DNA of 64,000 nucleotides. Source: Thermoanaerobaculia bacterium (GTDB lineage Bacteria; Acidobacteriota; Thermoanaerobaculia; Multivoradales; UBA5704). Location: assembly GCA_036275055.1 (NCBI GenBank), contig DASUEN010000171.1:42307-106306 (forward strand). Direction: 5' to 3'. Below, piece after piece: positions 8,788 through 20,548 of this stretch (position 1 is the stretch's first letter; the number at the start of each line of letters is the position of its first letter). The position numbers and the translations under genes are program-made. Below the pieces are notes generated by a model. It was not told the DNA's origin and ran no database searches. It saw nothing but the letters and a program-made list of their open reading frames with translations.

Positions 8788-10950
8788 ATGACGAAGATCC
8801 GCTTCCTGCCCCTTGCCCTCCTGGCGCTCCTGGCGCTCAACGTTCGGCCGGCGTGGCCGGAGCCGCCCAAGAAGCTGATCATCCTCGGTTTCGACGGCGC
8901 CGATGCCAAGCTGACCCAGCAGTGGATGGACGAGGGGAAGCTGCCGAACCTCGCCAAGCTGCGCGCGGCCGGGAGCTTCTCGCCGTTGCGCCCCACCATC
9001 CCGTCGCAGACCCCGGTCTCCTGGTCCACGTTCTCCACCGGTTGGAACCCCGGCCGGCACGGCGTGTTCGACTTCCTGAAGCGCGATCCCAAGACCTATC
9101 GTCCCACCTTCGCCGCCGCGGAGCCGGGGAAGGCGGACTTCCTCTTCGGCAAGAACAACGGCCCGTTCCTGGGCATCCTCGCCGGGCTGGCCGTGGCCCT
9201 GCTGCTGTTGCTGATCCTCAAGCTCTTCCGGCTGAAGACGCCCGTGGCGGCCGGCATCGCCCTGGTGCTGGGCCTTGCCGCCGGCGTGGGCGCGGGGACG
9301 GCCGCCTCCCGCCTGCTCCCCGTCTCCCGGCCCATTGCCATCAACAACCAGCGGGGCGACACCTTCTGGAAGCTCCTGGGGCAGGCCGGCAAGCGGGTAC
9401 GGGTGATGCGTATCCCCGTCACCTTCCCGCCCAAGGAGTTCGAGCACGGCAAGCTCCTCTCGGGCCTCGGCGTTCCGGATCTTTCGGCGCGCATCGGCAA
9501 GCCGTTCTACTTCACCTCCGAGCTGTTCTTCACCCCCAAAGGGGGAGGCGACTTCAAGGTCGAGGTGGTGGAGCTGGTGGACAACCGGGGCACCATCGAG
9601 ACCGAGATCAAGGAGGTGCCCAACGAGCTCTTCCGCAAAAAGGGGGGCGAGCTCGAGCACCTCAAGATCCCCATGACCCTGACCGTGGCCCAGGACCGCA
9701 AGAGCCTGCGCATTCAGGTTTCGGGCAACGATCTCACGCTGAAGCCAGGCGAGTGGAGCGACTGGGTTCGTTTCACCTTCCCCTTCAACTCGCTGATCAA
9801 GGCCAAGGGGATCGGCAAGTTCAAGCTCCTCTCCCTCGATCCGGAGATCAAGCTCTATCTCTCACCCCTCGACTTCGACCCCGAGAACCTGCCGCCCGGT
9901 TTCGACGTCACCACGCCCGCGAGCTTCGTCAAGGACCTGACCCGCGAGCACGGCCTGTTCAAGACGCGGGGCTGGATGATCGACACCTGGTCGCCCACCT
10001 CCGGCACCATCGACGAGCAGACCTTCCTGGACGACGTGAAGCAGACGGTCGACAAGGACAAGGAGATCCTGAACGGCGCCCTGGCCAAGGACGACTGGGA
10101 CGTGCTCGTCCATTACTTCGAGTTCACCGACCGCGTGCAGCACATCATGTTCCGGTATTTCGATCCCAAGCACCCCCTTTACAACGCGGAAGGCGCGGCC
10201 AAATGGGCGGGCTCGATCCTCCAGTCTTATCAAGAGATGGACCGGATCGTGGGCGAGACCCTGCAGAAGCGGCCGGACGCGGCGATCATGGTCGTCTCCG
10301 ACCACGGCTTCGCCTCCTTCCGCCGCGGCATGAACTACAACACCTGGCTGGTGAAGAACGGCTTCATGACCCTGAACGGCCAGGACGCCAAGCGATTGAA
10401 CCTGGAAGACCTCTTCGAGCAGGGGAACTTCTTCGTCAACGTCGACTGGTCGAAGACCAAGGCCTACGCTTTGGGGCTGGGGCAGATTTATATCAATCAA
10501 GCGGGGCGCGAGGCGAAGGGGATCGTCCATCCGGGCGAGGAGTACAAGAACGTGACGGCCCAGATCAAGGCCGGGCTGGAGGCGTTCGTGGATCCGGCGA
10601 CGGGCGACCACCCGGTGGCCCACGTCTTCACCCGCGACGAGGCGTACAACGGCGTCTACGATCCGGTGCTGATTCCCGATCTCATCCCCTCCAACAGCGA
10701 GGGGTACCGCGTCGGTTGGCAGGACAGCCTGGGCGGCGTCGGCAAGGAGATCGTCGAGCCCAACCTGGACATCTGGAGCGGCGACCACTGCTCGGTCTAC
10801 CCGCCCCTCGTCCAGGGGATCTTCTTCAGCAGCTTCAAGATCAGCGCCCCCAGCGGCGCCTACATGGGGGACGTGATGCCGACCATCCTCGACCTTTATC
10901 ACGTCAAGGCGACGTCGAATTTGGATGGGAAGAGCTTGCTGGTCAAATAG
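8788..10950 (+). CDS. Alkaline phosphatase superfamily protein (type I phosphodiesterase / nucleotide pyrophosphatase-like)
   Basis: ATG 8788 lies within ORF 8110..10950. Signal peptide MTKIRFLPLALLALLALNV; ILGFDGAD...PTIPSQTPVSWSTFSTG (nucleophile Thr region); VSDHGF; two internal hydrophobic segments. Confidence 0.8.
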   Translation: MTKIRFLPLALLALLALNVRPAWPEPPKKLIILGFDGADAKLTQQWMDEGKLPNLAKLRAAGSFSPLRPTIPSQTPVSWSTFSTGWNPGRHGVFDFLKRDPKTYRPTFAAAEPGKADFLFGKNNGPFLGILAGLAVALLLLLILKLFRLKTPVAAGIALVLGLAAGVGAGTAASRLLPVSRPIAINNQRGDTFWKLLGQAGKRVRVMRIPVTFPPKEFEHGKLLSGLGVPDLSARIGKPFYFTSELFFTPKGGGDFKVEVVELVDNRGTIETEIKEVPNELFRKKGGELEHLKIPMTLTVAQDRKSLRIQVSGNDLTLKPGEWSDWVRFTFPFNSLIKAKGIGKFKLLSLDPEIKLYLSPLDFDPENLPPGFDVTTPASFVKDLTREHGLFKTRGWMIDTWSPTSGTIDEQTFLDDVKQTVDKDKEILNGALAKDDWDVLVHYFEFTDRVQHIMFRYFDPKHPLYNAEGAAKWAGSILQSYQEMDRIVGETLQKRPDAAIMVVSDHGFASFRRGMNYNTWLVKNGFMTLNGQDAKRLNLEDLFEQGNFFVNVDWSKTKAYALGLGQIYINQAGREAKGIVHPGEEYKNVTAQIKAGLEAFVDPATGDHPVAHVFTRDEAYNGVYDPVLIPDLIPSNSEGYRVGWQDSLGGVGKEIVEPNLDIWSGDHCSVYPPLVQGIFFSSFKISAPSGAYMGDVMPTILDLYHVKATSNLDGKSLLVK

Positions 10951-10998
10951 ACGATCCCTTCGAGGGAGGTTGGTGCCGGTGAAATAAGGGGGAGGACG

Positions 10999-11361
10999 AT
11001 GCCGAGATTGATCGAGAAGCCTACCGTCATCGCGGCGGCGGGCAACAAGCCGAAGAAGATCGAGGAGTACACCGGCCGGGTGAACTCAGGCCACGAGAGC
11101 GTCAGCGTGGCCCGCATGGTCTCCCCCGAAGGCTGGGTGGAGCCCGGCCAGCGCCCCGAGTTCGAGGAGATCACCGTCGTCCTGAAAGGAATGATCCGCG
11201 TCGAGCACGAGGGTGGCTCCCTCGACGTGCGCGCCGGTCAGGCGGTGGTGTCGGTTCCCGGCGAATGGGTGCGCTACAGCAGCCCCGAGCCGGGTGGCGC
11301 CGAGTACGTGGCCATCTGCCTGCCGGCCTTCTCGCCGGCGATCGTGCATCGGGACGAGTGA
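10999..11361 (+). CDS. Cupin domain protein
   Basis: 120 aa with a GGAGGA RBS. Beta-barrel pattern GWVEPGQRPEFEEITVVLKGMIRVEHEGG...GEWVRY. Confidence 0.65.
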   Translation: MPRLIEKPTVIAAAGNKPKKIEEYTGRVNSGHESVSVARMVSPEGWVEPGQRPEFEEITVVLKGMIRVEHEGGSLDVRAGQAVVSVPGEWVRYSSPEPGGAEYVAICLPAFSPAIVHRDE

Positions 11362-11371
11362 GGAGAAGGCG

Positions 11372-12640
11372 ATGAAGAGGCTCGCGGTCCTCGCGCTCCT
11401 GCTCGCCGCCTTTCCGGCGCTCGCTGCGCCGCCCGCCCCGCTGCTGCTCACGGGCGCGCGGGTGCTCGATCCTGCCGGTGAACGCCTCCTCGACGGCCGC
11501 GACGTGCTGATCGAGAACGGCCGCATCGCCGCCGTCGGCCCTGCCGGCACGCTCACTTTCCCGGCGGGAGCGAGGAAGGTGGATCTCGCGGGCCTTACCC
11601 TGATCCCCGGCCTCATCGAGATGCACTCCCACCTCCTCCTCCACCCCTACGACGAAACTCCCTGGGACGACCAGGTGCTCAAGGAGTCGCTGGAGCTGCG
11701 GACGATCCGCGCCGTGGGGGCCGCCAGGGCCACCCTGGAGGCGGGGTTCACCACCGTTCGGGACCTTGGCACCGAGGGGGCAGGCTTCGCCGACGTGGCT
11801 CTGCGGGATGCGATCGCGCAGGGGATAATCCCGGGGCCGCGGGTGTTCGCCTCCACCCGCGCCATCGTGGCCACCGGCTGCTACGGCCCGTCGGGGTTCG
11901 ATCCGCGTTGGGAGGTCCCGAAGGGAGCACAGGAGGTGACCGGGCCCGCCGAGATGCGCAAGGCGGTGCGCCAGCAGATCGCCGCCGGAGCGGACTGGAT
12001 CAAGGTCTACGCCGACTACCGCCGCCGGCCGGGCATCACGACGCCCACGCTGACAGAGGAGGAGATCGCCGCCGCGGTGGACGAGGCGAAAAGCGCCGGG
12101 CTGCCGGTCGCCGCCCACGCCTACACGGAGGAGGGGATCCGCCGCGCCGTCGCCGCCAGGGTGAAGACGATCGAGCACGGCACGAACGTCACCGCGGAGC
12201 TGCTTGCTCTGATGAAGGAGAAGGGGGTAGCCCTGGTCCCCACCCTCGCCGCTTCCGAGGCCGTCTCCCGCTACGCCGGCTGGAAGCCGGGCGAGCCCGA
12301 GCCGCAACGCGTCAAGGAGACCCGCGAGATGTTCGCCCGCGCCCTCAAGTCCGGCGTGACGATCGCCAACGGCAGCGATGTCGGCGTCTTCGCCCATGGC
12401 AAGAACGCCCGCGAGCTGGAGCTGATGGTGGCCTACGGCATGTCCCCGGCGCAGGCCCTCAAGGCCGCGACTCTCACCGCCGCCGCCGTCCTGCGCAAGG
12501 GCCAAGATTTGGGGCGGATCGCCCCCGGCTACCTCGCAGACCTGGTGGCGGTGAAGGGGAATCCGCTGGCGGACGTCGCAGTGATCGAGCAGCCGGCTGT
12601 CGTGTTGAAAGAGGGGCAGATTGCGATCGACCGGCGCTGA
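11372..12640 (+). CDS. Amidohydrolase family protein (secreted; imidazolonepropionase/prolidase-like)
   Basis: ATG 11372 follows GAGGAG. Signal peptide MKRLAVLALLLAAFPALA; metal motif IEMHSHLL; C-terminal GRIAPGYLADLVAV typical of the family. Confidence 0.85.
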   Translation: MKRLAVLALLLAAFPALAAPPAPLLLTGARVLDPAGERLLDGRDVLIENGRIAAVGPAGTLTFPAGARKVDLAGLTLIPGLIEMHSHLLLHPYDETPWDDQVLKESLELRTIRAVGAARATLEAGFTTVRDLGTEGAGFADVALRDAIAQGIIPGPRVFASTRAIVATGCYGPSGFDPRWEVPKGAQEVTGPAEMRKAVRQQIAAGADWIKVYADYRRRPGITTPTLTEEEIAAAVDEAKSAGLPVAAHAYTEEGIRRAVAARVKTIEHGTNVTAELLALMKEKGVALVPTLAASEAVSRYAGWKPGEPEPQRVKETREMFARALKSGVTIANGSDVGVFAHGKNARELELMVAYGMSPAQALKAATLTAAAVLRKGQDLGRIAPGYLADLVAVKGNPLADVAVIEQPAVVLKEGQIAIDRR

Positions 12641-12646
12641 TCCCTT

Positions 12647-13099
12647 TCAAGTCGAAGCGAGCCAGTTCTCAACCCTCAGGGTGGGATCGATGCGCCGGAG
12701 ATCAGAATAGATCCCGTCGGCGCTGATGAGCGTGCAGCCTTCTGTGATGGCCGTGGCTGCCACCATGACGTCCATGTTATGTCTCTTGCTGGCCTTGTCG
12801 CTCAGTTGACGAAGTATCCGTAGCCGGGCTTTCAGAGTTCCGAAGAGTCGGGCGGCTTCAGGCGTGAGAGGCAGAAGAGAAAACTGATTCTGGGCATCTG
12901 AGATCCGTCGTCGGATCGCTGGTTTCATCTCCTCGTCGGCATTCGCATACCCGTACTCCAGCTCGTAAATGGAGAGAATGGAGACGACGATGTCGTTAGC
13001 CTTGCCGAAGGAGGCAATCCTCCGGGTGATATTCGAGTGACCGGGGGAGAGAGGTTCGTAGAAATCGGAAAGACTGTCGGAGTCGAGTAGGAAGAGCAT
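12647..13099 (-). CDS. vapC: PIN-domain toxin (VapC family)
   Basis: 150 aa from the internal ATG: MLFLLDSDSLSDF... with a C-terminal TLISADG.. motif. Its start overlaps the antitoxin stop (TAATG). Confidence 0.8.
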   Translation of the reverse strand: MLFLLDSDSLSDFYEPLSPGHSNITRRIASFGKANDIVVSILSIYELEYGYANADEEMKPAIRRRISDAQNQFSLLPLTPEAARLFGTLKARLRILRQLSDKASKRHNMDVMVAATAITEGCTLISADGIYSDLRRIDPTLRVENWLAST

Positions 13100-13365
13100 T
13101 AACGCTCGTCGTGTGGAAAGGAAAGGTTCCGACGGAACTCTTTCCGATCCGCATCGAATTTCTTCGCGTAGCTGCCGAGAGAGAACTGCCCACTCTCGAT
13201 TCGCTGAACGAGTTGAGCCCACCGGGACGGCTCCGCCTCGGTCGGCGGAGAAGGGGGCGAGTCGGCCAGGGCTGCTTCGACCGCCCGGGTGACGAACTCA
13301 TCACGATCGGGAAGTTGCCGGACCCGTTCGGCGATCTCGTCGGGAAGGGAGACGATGAGCTTCAT
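13099..13365 (-). CDS. Ribbon-helix-helix (CopG/VapB-like) antitoxin
   Basis: 88 aa: MKLIVSLPDEIAERVRQLP (RHH beta-strand pattern). It lies immediately upstream of vapC and overlaps it. Confidence 0.65.
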   Translation of the reverse strand: MKLIVSLPDEIAERVRQLPDRDEFVTRAVEAALADSPPSPPTEAEPSRWAQLVQRIESGQFSLGSYAKKFDADRKEFRRNLSFPHDER

Positions 13366-13433
13366 CGGCCGAAGCTTACCACGAAGCCCGGCGGCCTTGG
13401 TGGCCGCCGGGCCGGTTCTTCCTTCACAACGGT

Positions 13434-16037
<2,604 letters not shown>

Positions 16038-16291
16038 GGTCTCGATCTCCTTGAGGCTGCTGGTATGCGGGTGCCGAGCCCGGCGGGGCGAATCGAAGCT
16101 CAGCCGTTGATTAGAGATTGCACGCGCCATGGGGAACCTTCGGAGGTTTGACCGCGGCCCGCCGCCCCGTCCCTAAGTATAAGGACGTTCCGGCCAGGGA
16201 GGACGGGACAGGAGACCCCTCCCGGAGATGGTTGAGCGATGCGGAGCGGTTTTTACGTCTTTATAGGGAGCGGGAGATTTTTTCCCGGGGC

Positions 16292-16320
16292 TTGACAATG
16301 TGGCCACTAGAGGCTACATT
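16292..16320 (+). promoter_or_regulatory. Sigma-70-type promoter with embedded palindromic operator for the phd-vapC module
   Basis: TTGACA (16292-16297), N17, TACATT (16315-16320). The spacer holds the imperfect palindrome TGTGGCCACTAGAGGCTACA (16/20). ATG 16328 is 7 nt after the -10, implying a leaderless or near-leaderless mRNA. Confidence 0.45.
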
Positions 16321-16327
16321 GCTCTCT

Positions 16328-16624
16328 ATGAGGGAGGTAGGAATCCGTGAGCTCAAGAATCGTCTCAGCGAGTACGTCCGTCTGGTCAAGGAAGGGGAGG
16401 TCGTCATGGTGACCGATCGTGGGGAAGTGGTGGCCGAGTTGCGCGCGCCGCAGCCGGCGAGCGAGCTCGAGCGGCAGTACCCTCTCCTGGCGGAGATGGC
16501 CCGCCAGGGGCTGGTCCGGCTGCCGCTCAAGCCGAACGGACCGGATGCCTATCCGCTTCTGCCGTCGGTGACACCGCCGGGAACTGCCGCCCGGCTCCTC
16601 GATGAAGAGCGGGGAGACCGATGA
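16328..16624 (+). CDS. Phd/YefM-family antitoxin
   Basis: MREVGIRELKNRLSEYVRLVKEGEVVMVTDRGEVVAEL is the typical Phd/YefM N-terminus. An ATGA overlap joins it to the downstream PIN gene. Confidence 0.8.
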   Translation: MREVGIRELKNRLSEYVRLVKEGEVVMVTDRGEVVAELRAPQPASELERQYPLLAEMARQGLVRLPLKPNGPDAYPLLPSVTPPGTAARLLDEERGDR

Positions 16625-17046
16625 AGCTCTATGCGGAGTCGAGCGCCGTGCTCTCCTGGCTGCTCCGGGAGGGGCCGGCCGTCCTCCTGAAGGAGATCCT
16701 GGAGCGAGCTGAGCTCGTCGTGGCCTCGGAGCTGACGCTGGTCGAGTGTGACCGGGCGCTCATCAGGGCGGAGGCGATGGGCGAGCTCTCCCAATTCGAA
16801 ATGGCCCAGCGGCGAGCGCTCCTCGAAGCGGTCTCGGCGCGGTGGCTCCTTTTGAAGCTCGGAGGCGAGATCGTCCAGAGGGCTCGGCGGCGATTTCCCC
16901 AGGAACCAGTACGGTCGCTGGATTCCCTCCATCTGGCGTCGGCTCTCACGGTGCGGTCCACCCTGTCGGATCTCACCCTCCTCAGCCTCGACCAGCGGGT
17001 GCGGGACAACGGCGCCGCCCTCGGTTTCGACGTCCTTCCCGGCTGA
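16621..17046 (+). CDS. vapC: PIN-domain toxin (VapC family)
   Basis: 141 aa with PIN-like acidic residues (LYAESS.., ..SLDSLHLASA.., LLSLDQRV), coupled to the antitoxin. Confidence 0.8.
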   Translation: MKLYAESSAVLSWLLREGPAVLLKEILERAELVVASELTLVECDRALIRAEAMGELSQFEMAQRRALLEAVSARWLLLKLGGEIVQRARRRFPQEPVRSLDSLHLASALTVRSTLSDLTLLSLDQRVRDNGAALGFDVLPG

Positions 17047-17110
17047 TCCTTCCCCGGGCTCCGGAGCGTGAGGCCCGGAGCCCGCCGCCACTCAGTTATC
17101 CTTCCTCTTC

Positions 17111-17563
17111 ATGCCGCGCCGTGATCTCGACGCTCTGCTGACCTATCTGCGGGAGAATGCCGGCCGTTTCTCTCTGGAGGCGCTGCGGGCCCAGATGGTG
17201 AAGGCCGGGCACAAGCCCGAGGCGATCGAGCGGGCCCTGCGCGTCTTCCAAGGGACGGAGCCGCCGCCCGACCCACCCTCCTGGCCCGGGGCCGTGGTGG
17301 TGGCGGCGGCCGACCTCCTGCTGGTGGCGCTCTTCGCCTGGCTGTTCACCCATGCCCACAAGCAAGGCGGCTGCGCCATCCTCGGTCTGCTGCCCGTGCT
17401 CTGCCTGCTGGAATTCGTGGTCGGCCTGACGCTGCTCGCCTCGGCGGACCGCCAGCGCCTGGGGCGGGCGCTGTTCTTCGGCGTCCTCGTCTTCTTCGGC
17501 GTCAGCCTGGCGATCGTCTCCGTCTGGGGCGCCACCAAGATGGGCGGGCTCGCCGGCTCCTGA
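17111..17563 (+). CDS. Hypothetical membrane protein (soluble N-terminal helix bundle plus 3 TM segments)
   Basis: 150 aa with high GC3 and three clear hydrophobic segments. No family recognised. Confidence 0.55.
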   Translation: MPRRDLDALLTYLRENAGRFSLEALRAQMVKAGHKPEAIERALRVFQGTEPPPDPPSWPGAVVVAAADLLLVALFAWLFTHAHKQGGCAILGLLPVLCLLEFVVGLTLLASADRQRLGRALFFGVLVFFGVSLAIVSVWGATKMGGLAGS

Positions 17564-17583
17564 CGGCGGCGACGTTCGAAGCC

Positions 17584-17970
17584 TCAGGACCGGCCGCGGT
17601 TCGTGTTGACGAGGAGGAAGAGCTTTTCGAGCTCCCGGTGGATGACCTCCAAGCCTTCCCGGACCGCGTGCTGATAAGGATCGTTGCTCTCGGCAGGGCG
17701 GGGCGGGGCCTCCGTTCCGCGGGCTTTCTCCGCCGCGTCCTCCCGCAGGCGGTCGTTGCGGCTCGCCAGGATCTCTTCTTCGAGCTTGGCGTGAGTGACG
17801 CCCAGCCCCTTGGCGAGCCGGGCCTGGAGCTTGGCGCCCGGCATGCGCCGCCCCTGCTCGTAATGCGTCCAGGCGTTGGCGCTAATCCCCCCTTGCCGGG
17901 CGCACTGCGCCTGTGTCCGGCTGCCCCGCAGCCGCTTCAAGGTCCGTGCTACATCCTTCTTTTTGATCAC
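17584..17970 (-). CDS. XRE-family helix-turn-helix transcriptional regulator
   Basis: RLRGSRTQAQCARQGGISANAWTHYEQGRRMP is an HTH_3-like motif. Confidence 0.75.
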   Translation of the reverse strand: MIKKKDVARTLKRLRGSRTQAQCARQGGISANAWTHYEQGRRMPGAKLQARLAKGLGVTHAKLEEEILASRNDRLREDAAEKARGTEAPPRPAESNDPYQHAVREGLEVIHRELEKLFLLVNTNRGRS

Positions 17971-18237
17971 CGCAGGATCATAGGGATCTTTTTCTCTCCT
18001 TGCAATCCAAGTCCAACGTAATCAAAGGGTTACGCGTGATGACCAGAAATGGTGAAGCGCCGTAACCAAGGCTCGGAAAAGTGACGGGCTTCGCTACGAA
18101 GATGGAGCAGCCGCGGAGAGATCGTGGCCGGGACGAGTAAGGAACGGGCCGCCGTGATTTGATCCGTTGTGGGCGCGATCCTACGGCGGCAGGCAGACCC
18201 TGGACAGCGGCGCCTGAGCTGCACTAGCCTCTGGGGA

Positions 18238-19101
18238 ATGCCAGTAAGATGTCTCGCCGTCGCGGTCCTTCTTGCAGGACTGGCCGCCTTGAGTTGCAGA
18301 AAAGACCGGCCCGACGAGACGGCCGCCCTCAAGGCCCAAGTTGCCGCCAGCGAAGCCCGGGAGAAAGTGCTCGAAGCCCGTGAGAGGGCGCTCCAGCGCA
18401 AGCTCCGGGACCGGGAGAACGGTGCCACCGATTCGCCGGGCGCTCCCCCTGCGGCCGCTCCCGAGCAGGCGCCGCCCGAGCCCGATCCCATTCGCCTCCT
18501 GGGGGTCGAGGCACGGTTCCTGCCTCCGCAGCGATTCGACGTGGTGGTGAAGGTCTCCGTTCAGGTGAGGATTCAGAACCTCGGCGACGAGGTGGTCCCG
18601 GCCGTGGCGGACCTCCGTGTCCTGGACGACGCCGGAGATGCGCTCAAAGCTCTGCGCAGCGACCTCGAGCTGTCCCCGCGCCAGGTCACCAGCTTCTCGA
18701 AGGAAATCGGCATTCCCAGGGACTCGCAGACCAACACCCGGCGGGTGAAGGTGCAGCTCACGACACGCTGGGGGAGTCTCAGTGGCGAAAACGCCATAGT
18801 CGATGAGGGCGAGGCCCCGCCGGCCGCCGCGGAACCCTCTCAGGGAGATGACGCCGTCCTGCTGGGCACGCCCGACGTCGGCGTATACGAGGACACCGTC
18901 AAAGTGTCCTTCGTCCTCTACAACCCGGGTTCGTCGCCGCACTTCGGCCAAGCGGCGGTGAGGATCCTGAAAGATGGCCTCGCCTTCGACCGCGCCAGCG
19001 TCGCCTACTCGCTTCCCCCAAGAGGGCGGCAAGAGCTTTCCCAGACGTTCCAGAAACCCGGCAAGGGACCCGGCAAGTTCACCGCCGAGGTCGTTCCCTG
19101 A
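18238..19101 (+). CDS. Hypothetical lipoprotein
   Basis: Internal ATG 18238. MPVRCLAVAVLLAGLAALSC resembles a lipobox, followed by a coiled-coil segment and a beta-rich C-terminus. No family recognised. Confidence 0.55.
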   Translation: MPVRCLAVAVLLAGLAALSCRKDRPDETAALKAQVAASEAREKVLEARERALQRKLRDRENGATDSPGAPPAAAPEQAPPEPDPIRLLGVEARFLPPQRFDVVVKVSVQVRIQNLGDEVVPAVADLRVLDDAGDALKALRSDLELSPRQVTSFSKEIGIPRDSQTNTRRVKVQLTTRWGSLSGENAIVDEGEAPPAAAEPSQGDDAVLLGTPDVGVYEDTVKVSFVLYNPGSSPHFGQAAVRILKDGLAFDRASVAYSLPPRGRQELSQTFQKPGKGPGKFTAEVVP

Positions 19102-19135
19102 GGCCGGCCCTGGCTGCGCCGGGATGAAGGGAAAT

Positions 19136-19211
19136 TGGTGGAGCAGAAGGGATTCGAACCCTCGACCCCCACGTTGCGAACGTGGTGCTCTCCCAGCTGA
19201 GCTACTGCCCC
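19136..19211 (-). tRNA. tRNA-Ala: tRNA-Ala (anticodon CGC), CCA encoded
   Basis: The reverse complement is GGGGCAGTAGCTCAGCTGGGAGAGCACCACGTTCGCAACGTGGGGGTCGAGGGTTCGAATCCCTTCTGCTCCACCA. It is 76 nt with a cloverleaf, a G3:U70 pair, anticodon loop TTCGCAA and T-loop GGTTCGAATCC. Confidence 0.92.
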
Positions 19212-20548
19212 ACGGTGCGGGAGGGCGGTATTGTACTCGCGGGGGCTCCCCCCGGCAAGCGCGCGGGCTCGCAGCCTTCGCAACGGTTCAGCAGGCCGGC
19301 CAGGGTGAGACCGGTGAGGTGCTCGCCCCGGGACGCCGCGAGGTCGCCGATGATCTCGTCCAGCCGCCGCTCGATCTCCCCGCCCGCCAGCTCCGCCCCC
19401 CGCTTCGCCCGGTGGTCGTAGGCCGCCAGCACCTTGTTCACGTCCACCTCGCTCGGGTCGGCCGCCAGGCCGTACTCGTCGTCGCCGTGGATCTTAAGCA
19501 GGTCCTGGGTGACCAGCGGATGGAGGATGCGCTCCAACTCGCCGTGGGTGAGGCAGAGGCGATCCGCCAGCTCCTCGCGGGAGATCGAGGGCTCGCCGCG
19601 GGCGAATCGCCGCGAGATGAGCAGCAGCGCCGCCAGCCCCACCCAGCTCGCCTGCACCGGCGGATGGCGGTGGAGCCCCCGCGCCAGCAGCGAGAAATGC
19701 TGCGCCGTGTACGCCGCCTCGCCGCCGAAGAGGATGATGGTCCACATCAGCTCCAGAGAGATCATGAAGAGCAGGGCGAAGGCGAAGCTGCCATAGACGA
19801 TGCTGACGTTGCGGAACACCTCGACGTAGGAGCCGAACCCCTGGCGCAGGATCTCCAGCAGGATGCCGGCGAGGAGCCCCCCGGCCAGGGCGTTGCGGAA
19901 GCGGACGCGGGTGTGGGGGACGATCCAGTAGAGCGTCGTGAGCCCCAGGACCGTGGCGGCGAAGGGTGCCACGTTGAGCAGGAACGAGCGCTCGAAGAGC
20001 ATGCGCAGCGCCGAGTTCTGCCGCAGCAGGATGAGGCTGGAGAAGGTCGCGCCCAAGAGCAGCGGCCCCCAGAAGAGGAGGAGGACGAAGGAGAGGAGCC
20101 GCATCCGCAGCGGCCGCCCCTTGGAGACGTTCCAGATCTTGTTGAGCGACTCCTCGATGGTGGAGAAGAGGAGCAGCGTGGTGGCGAAGAACATGACGAT
20201 GCCGAAGCCGCGGATGGTCTCCGCCTGGTCGAGGAACTCGGCGATCTTGTCGACCACGCTCTTGTCCGAGTAGGGGATGATCTGGACGAAGACCTCCAGC
20301 GTGCGCTGCGGATACTGGCTGAAGACGCGGGCGCCGATGAAGGAGAAGGCCGACATCAGCGGCACCAGCGACAGAGCGGTGACCCACGCCAGGGCCGAGG
20401 CGGTGAGCAGGATGGAGTCCTCGTAGCACTGCCGGAAGGTGAGGTGGAAGTACCGGGCGAGCCGCCCCGCGAGCGACGGCCCCCCTTCGTCCCGCCGGCG
20501 GGGCCGGCCCACGAAAGTCATGTCGCCGGACGTTTCGACGTCTACCAT
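19202..20548 (-). CDS. YihY/BrkB (ribonuclease BN-like) family inner membrane protein with C-terminal winged-helix extension
   Basis: Internal ATG 20548 of ORF 19202..21883 (alternative start 20521). Six TM segments of the YihY pattern, then a soluble tail ISREELADRLCLTHGELERILHPLV. The last 10 nt overlap the tRNA-Ala 5' end. Confidence 0.8.
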   Translation of the reverse strand: MVDVETSGDMTFVGRPRRRDEGGPSLAGRLARYFHLTFRQCYEDSILLTASALAWVTALSLVPLMSAFSFIGARVFSQYPQRTLEVFVQIIPYSDKSVVDKIAEFLDQAETIRGFGIVMFFATTLLLFSTIEESLNKIWNVSKGRPLRMRLLSFVLLLFWGPLLLGATFSSLILLRQNSALRMLFERSFLLNVAPFAATVLGLTTLYWIVPHTRVRFRNALAGGLLAGILLEILRQGFGSYVEVFRNVSIVYGSFAFALLFMISLELMWTIILFGGEAAYTAQHFSLLARGLHRHPPVQASWVGLAALLLISRRFARGEPSISREELADRLCLTHGELERILHPLVTQDLLKIHGDDEYGLAADPSEVDVNKVLAAYDHRAKRGAELAGGEIERRLDEIIGDLAASRGEHLTGLTLAGLLNRCEGCEPARLPGGAPASTIPPSRTVGQ

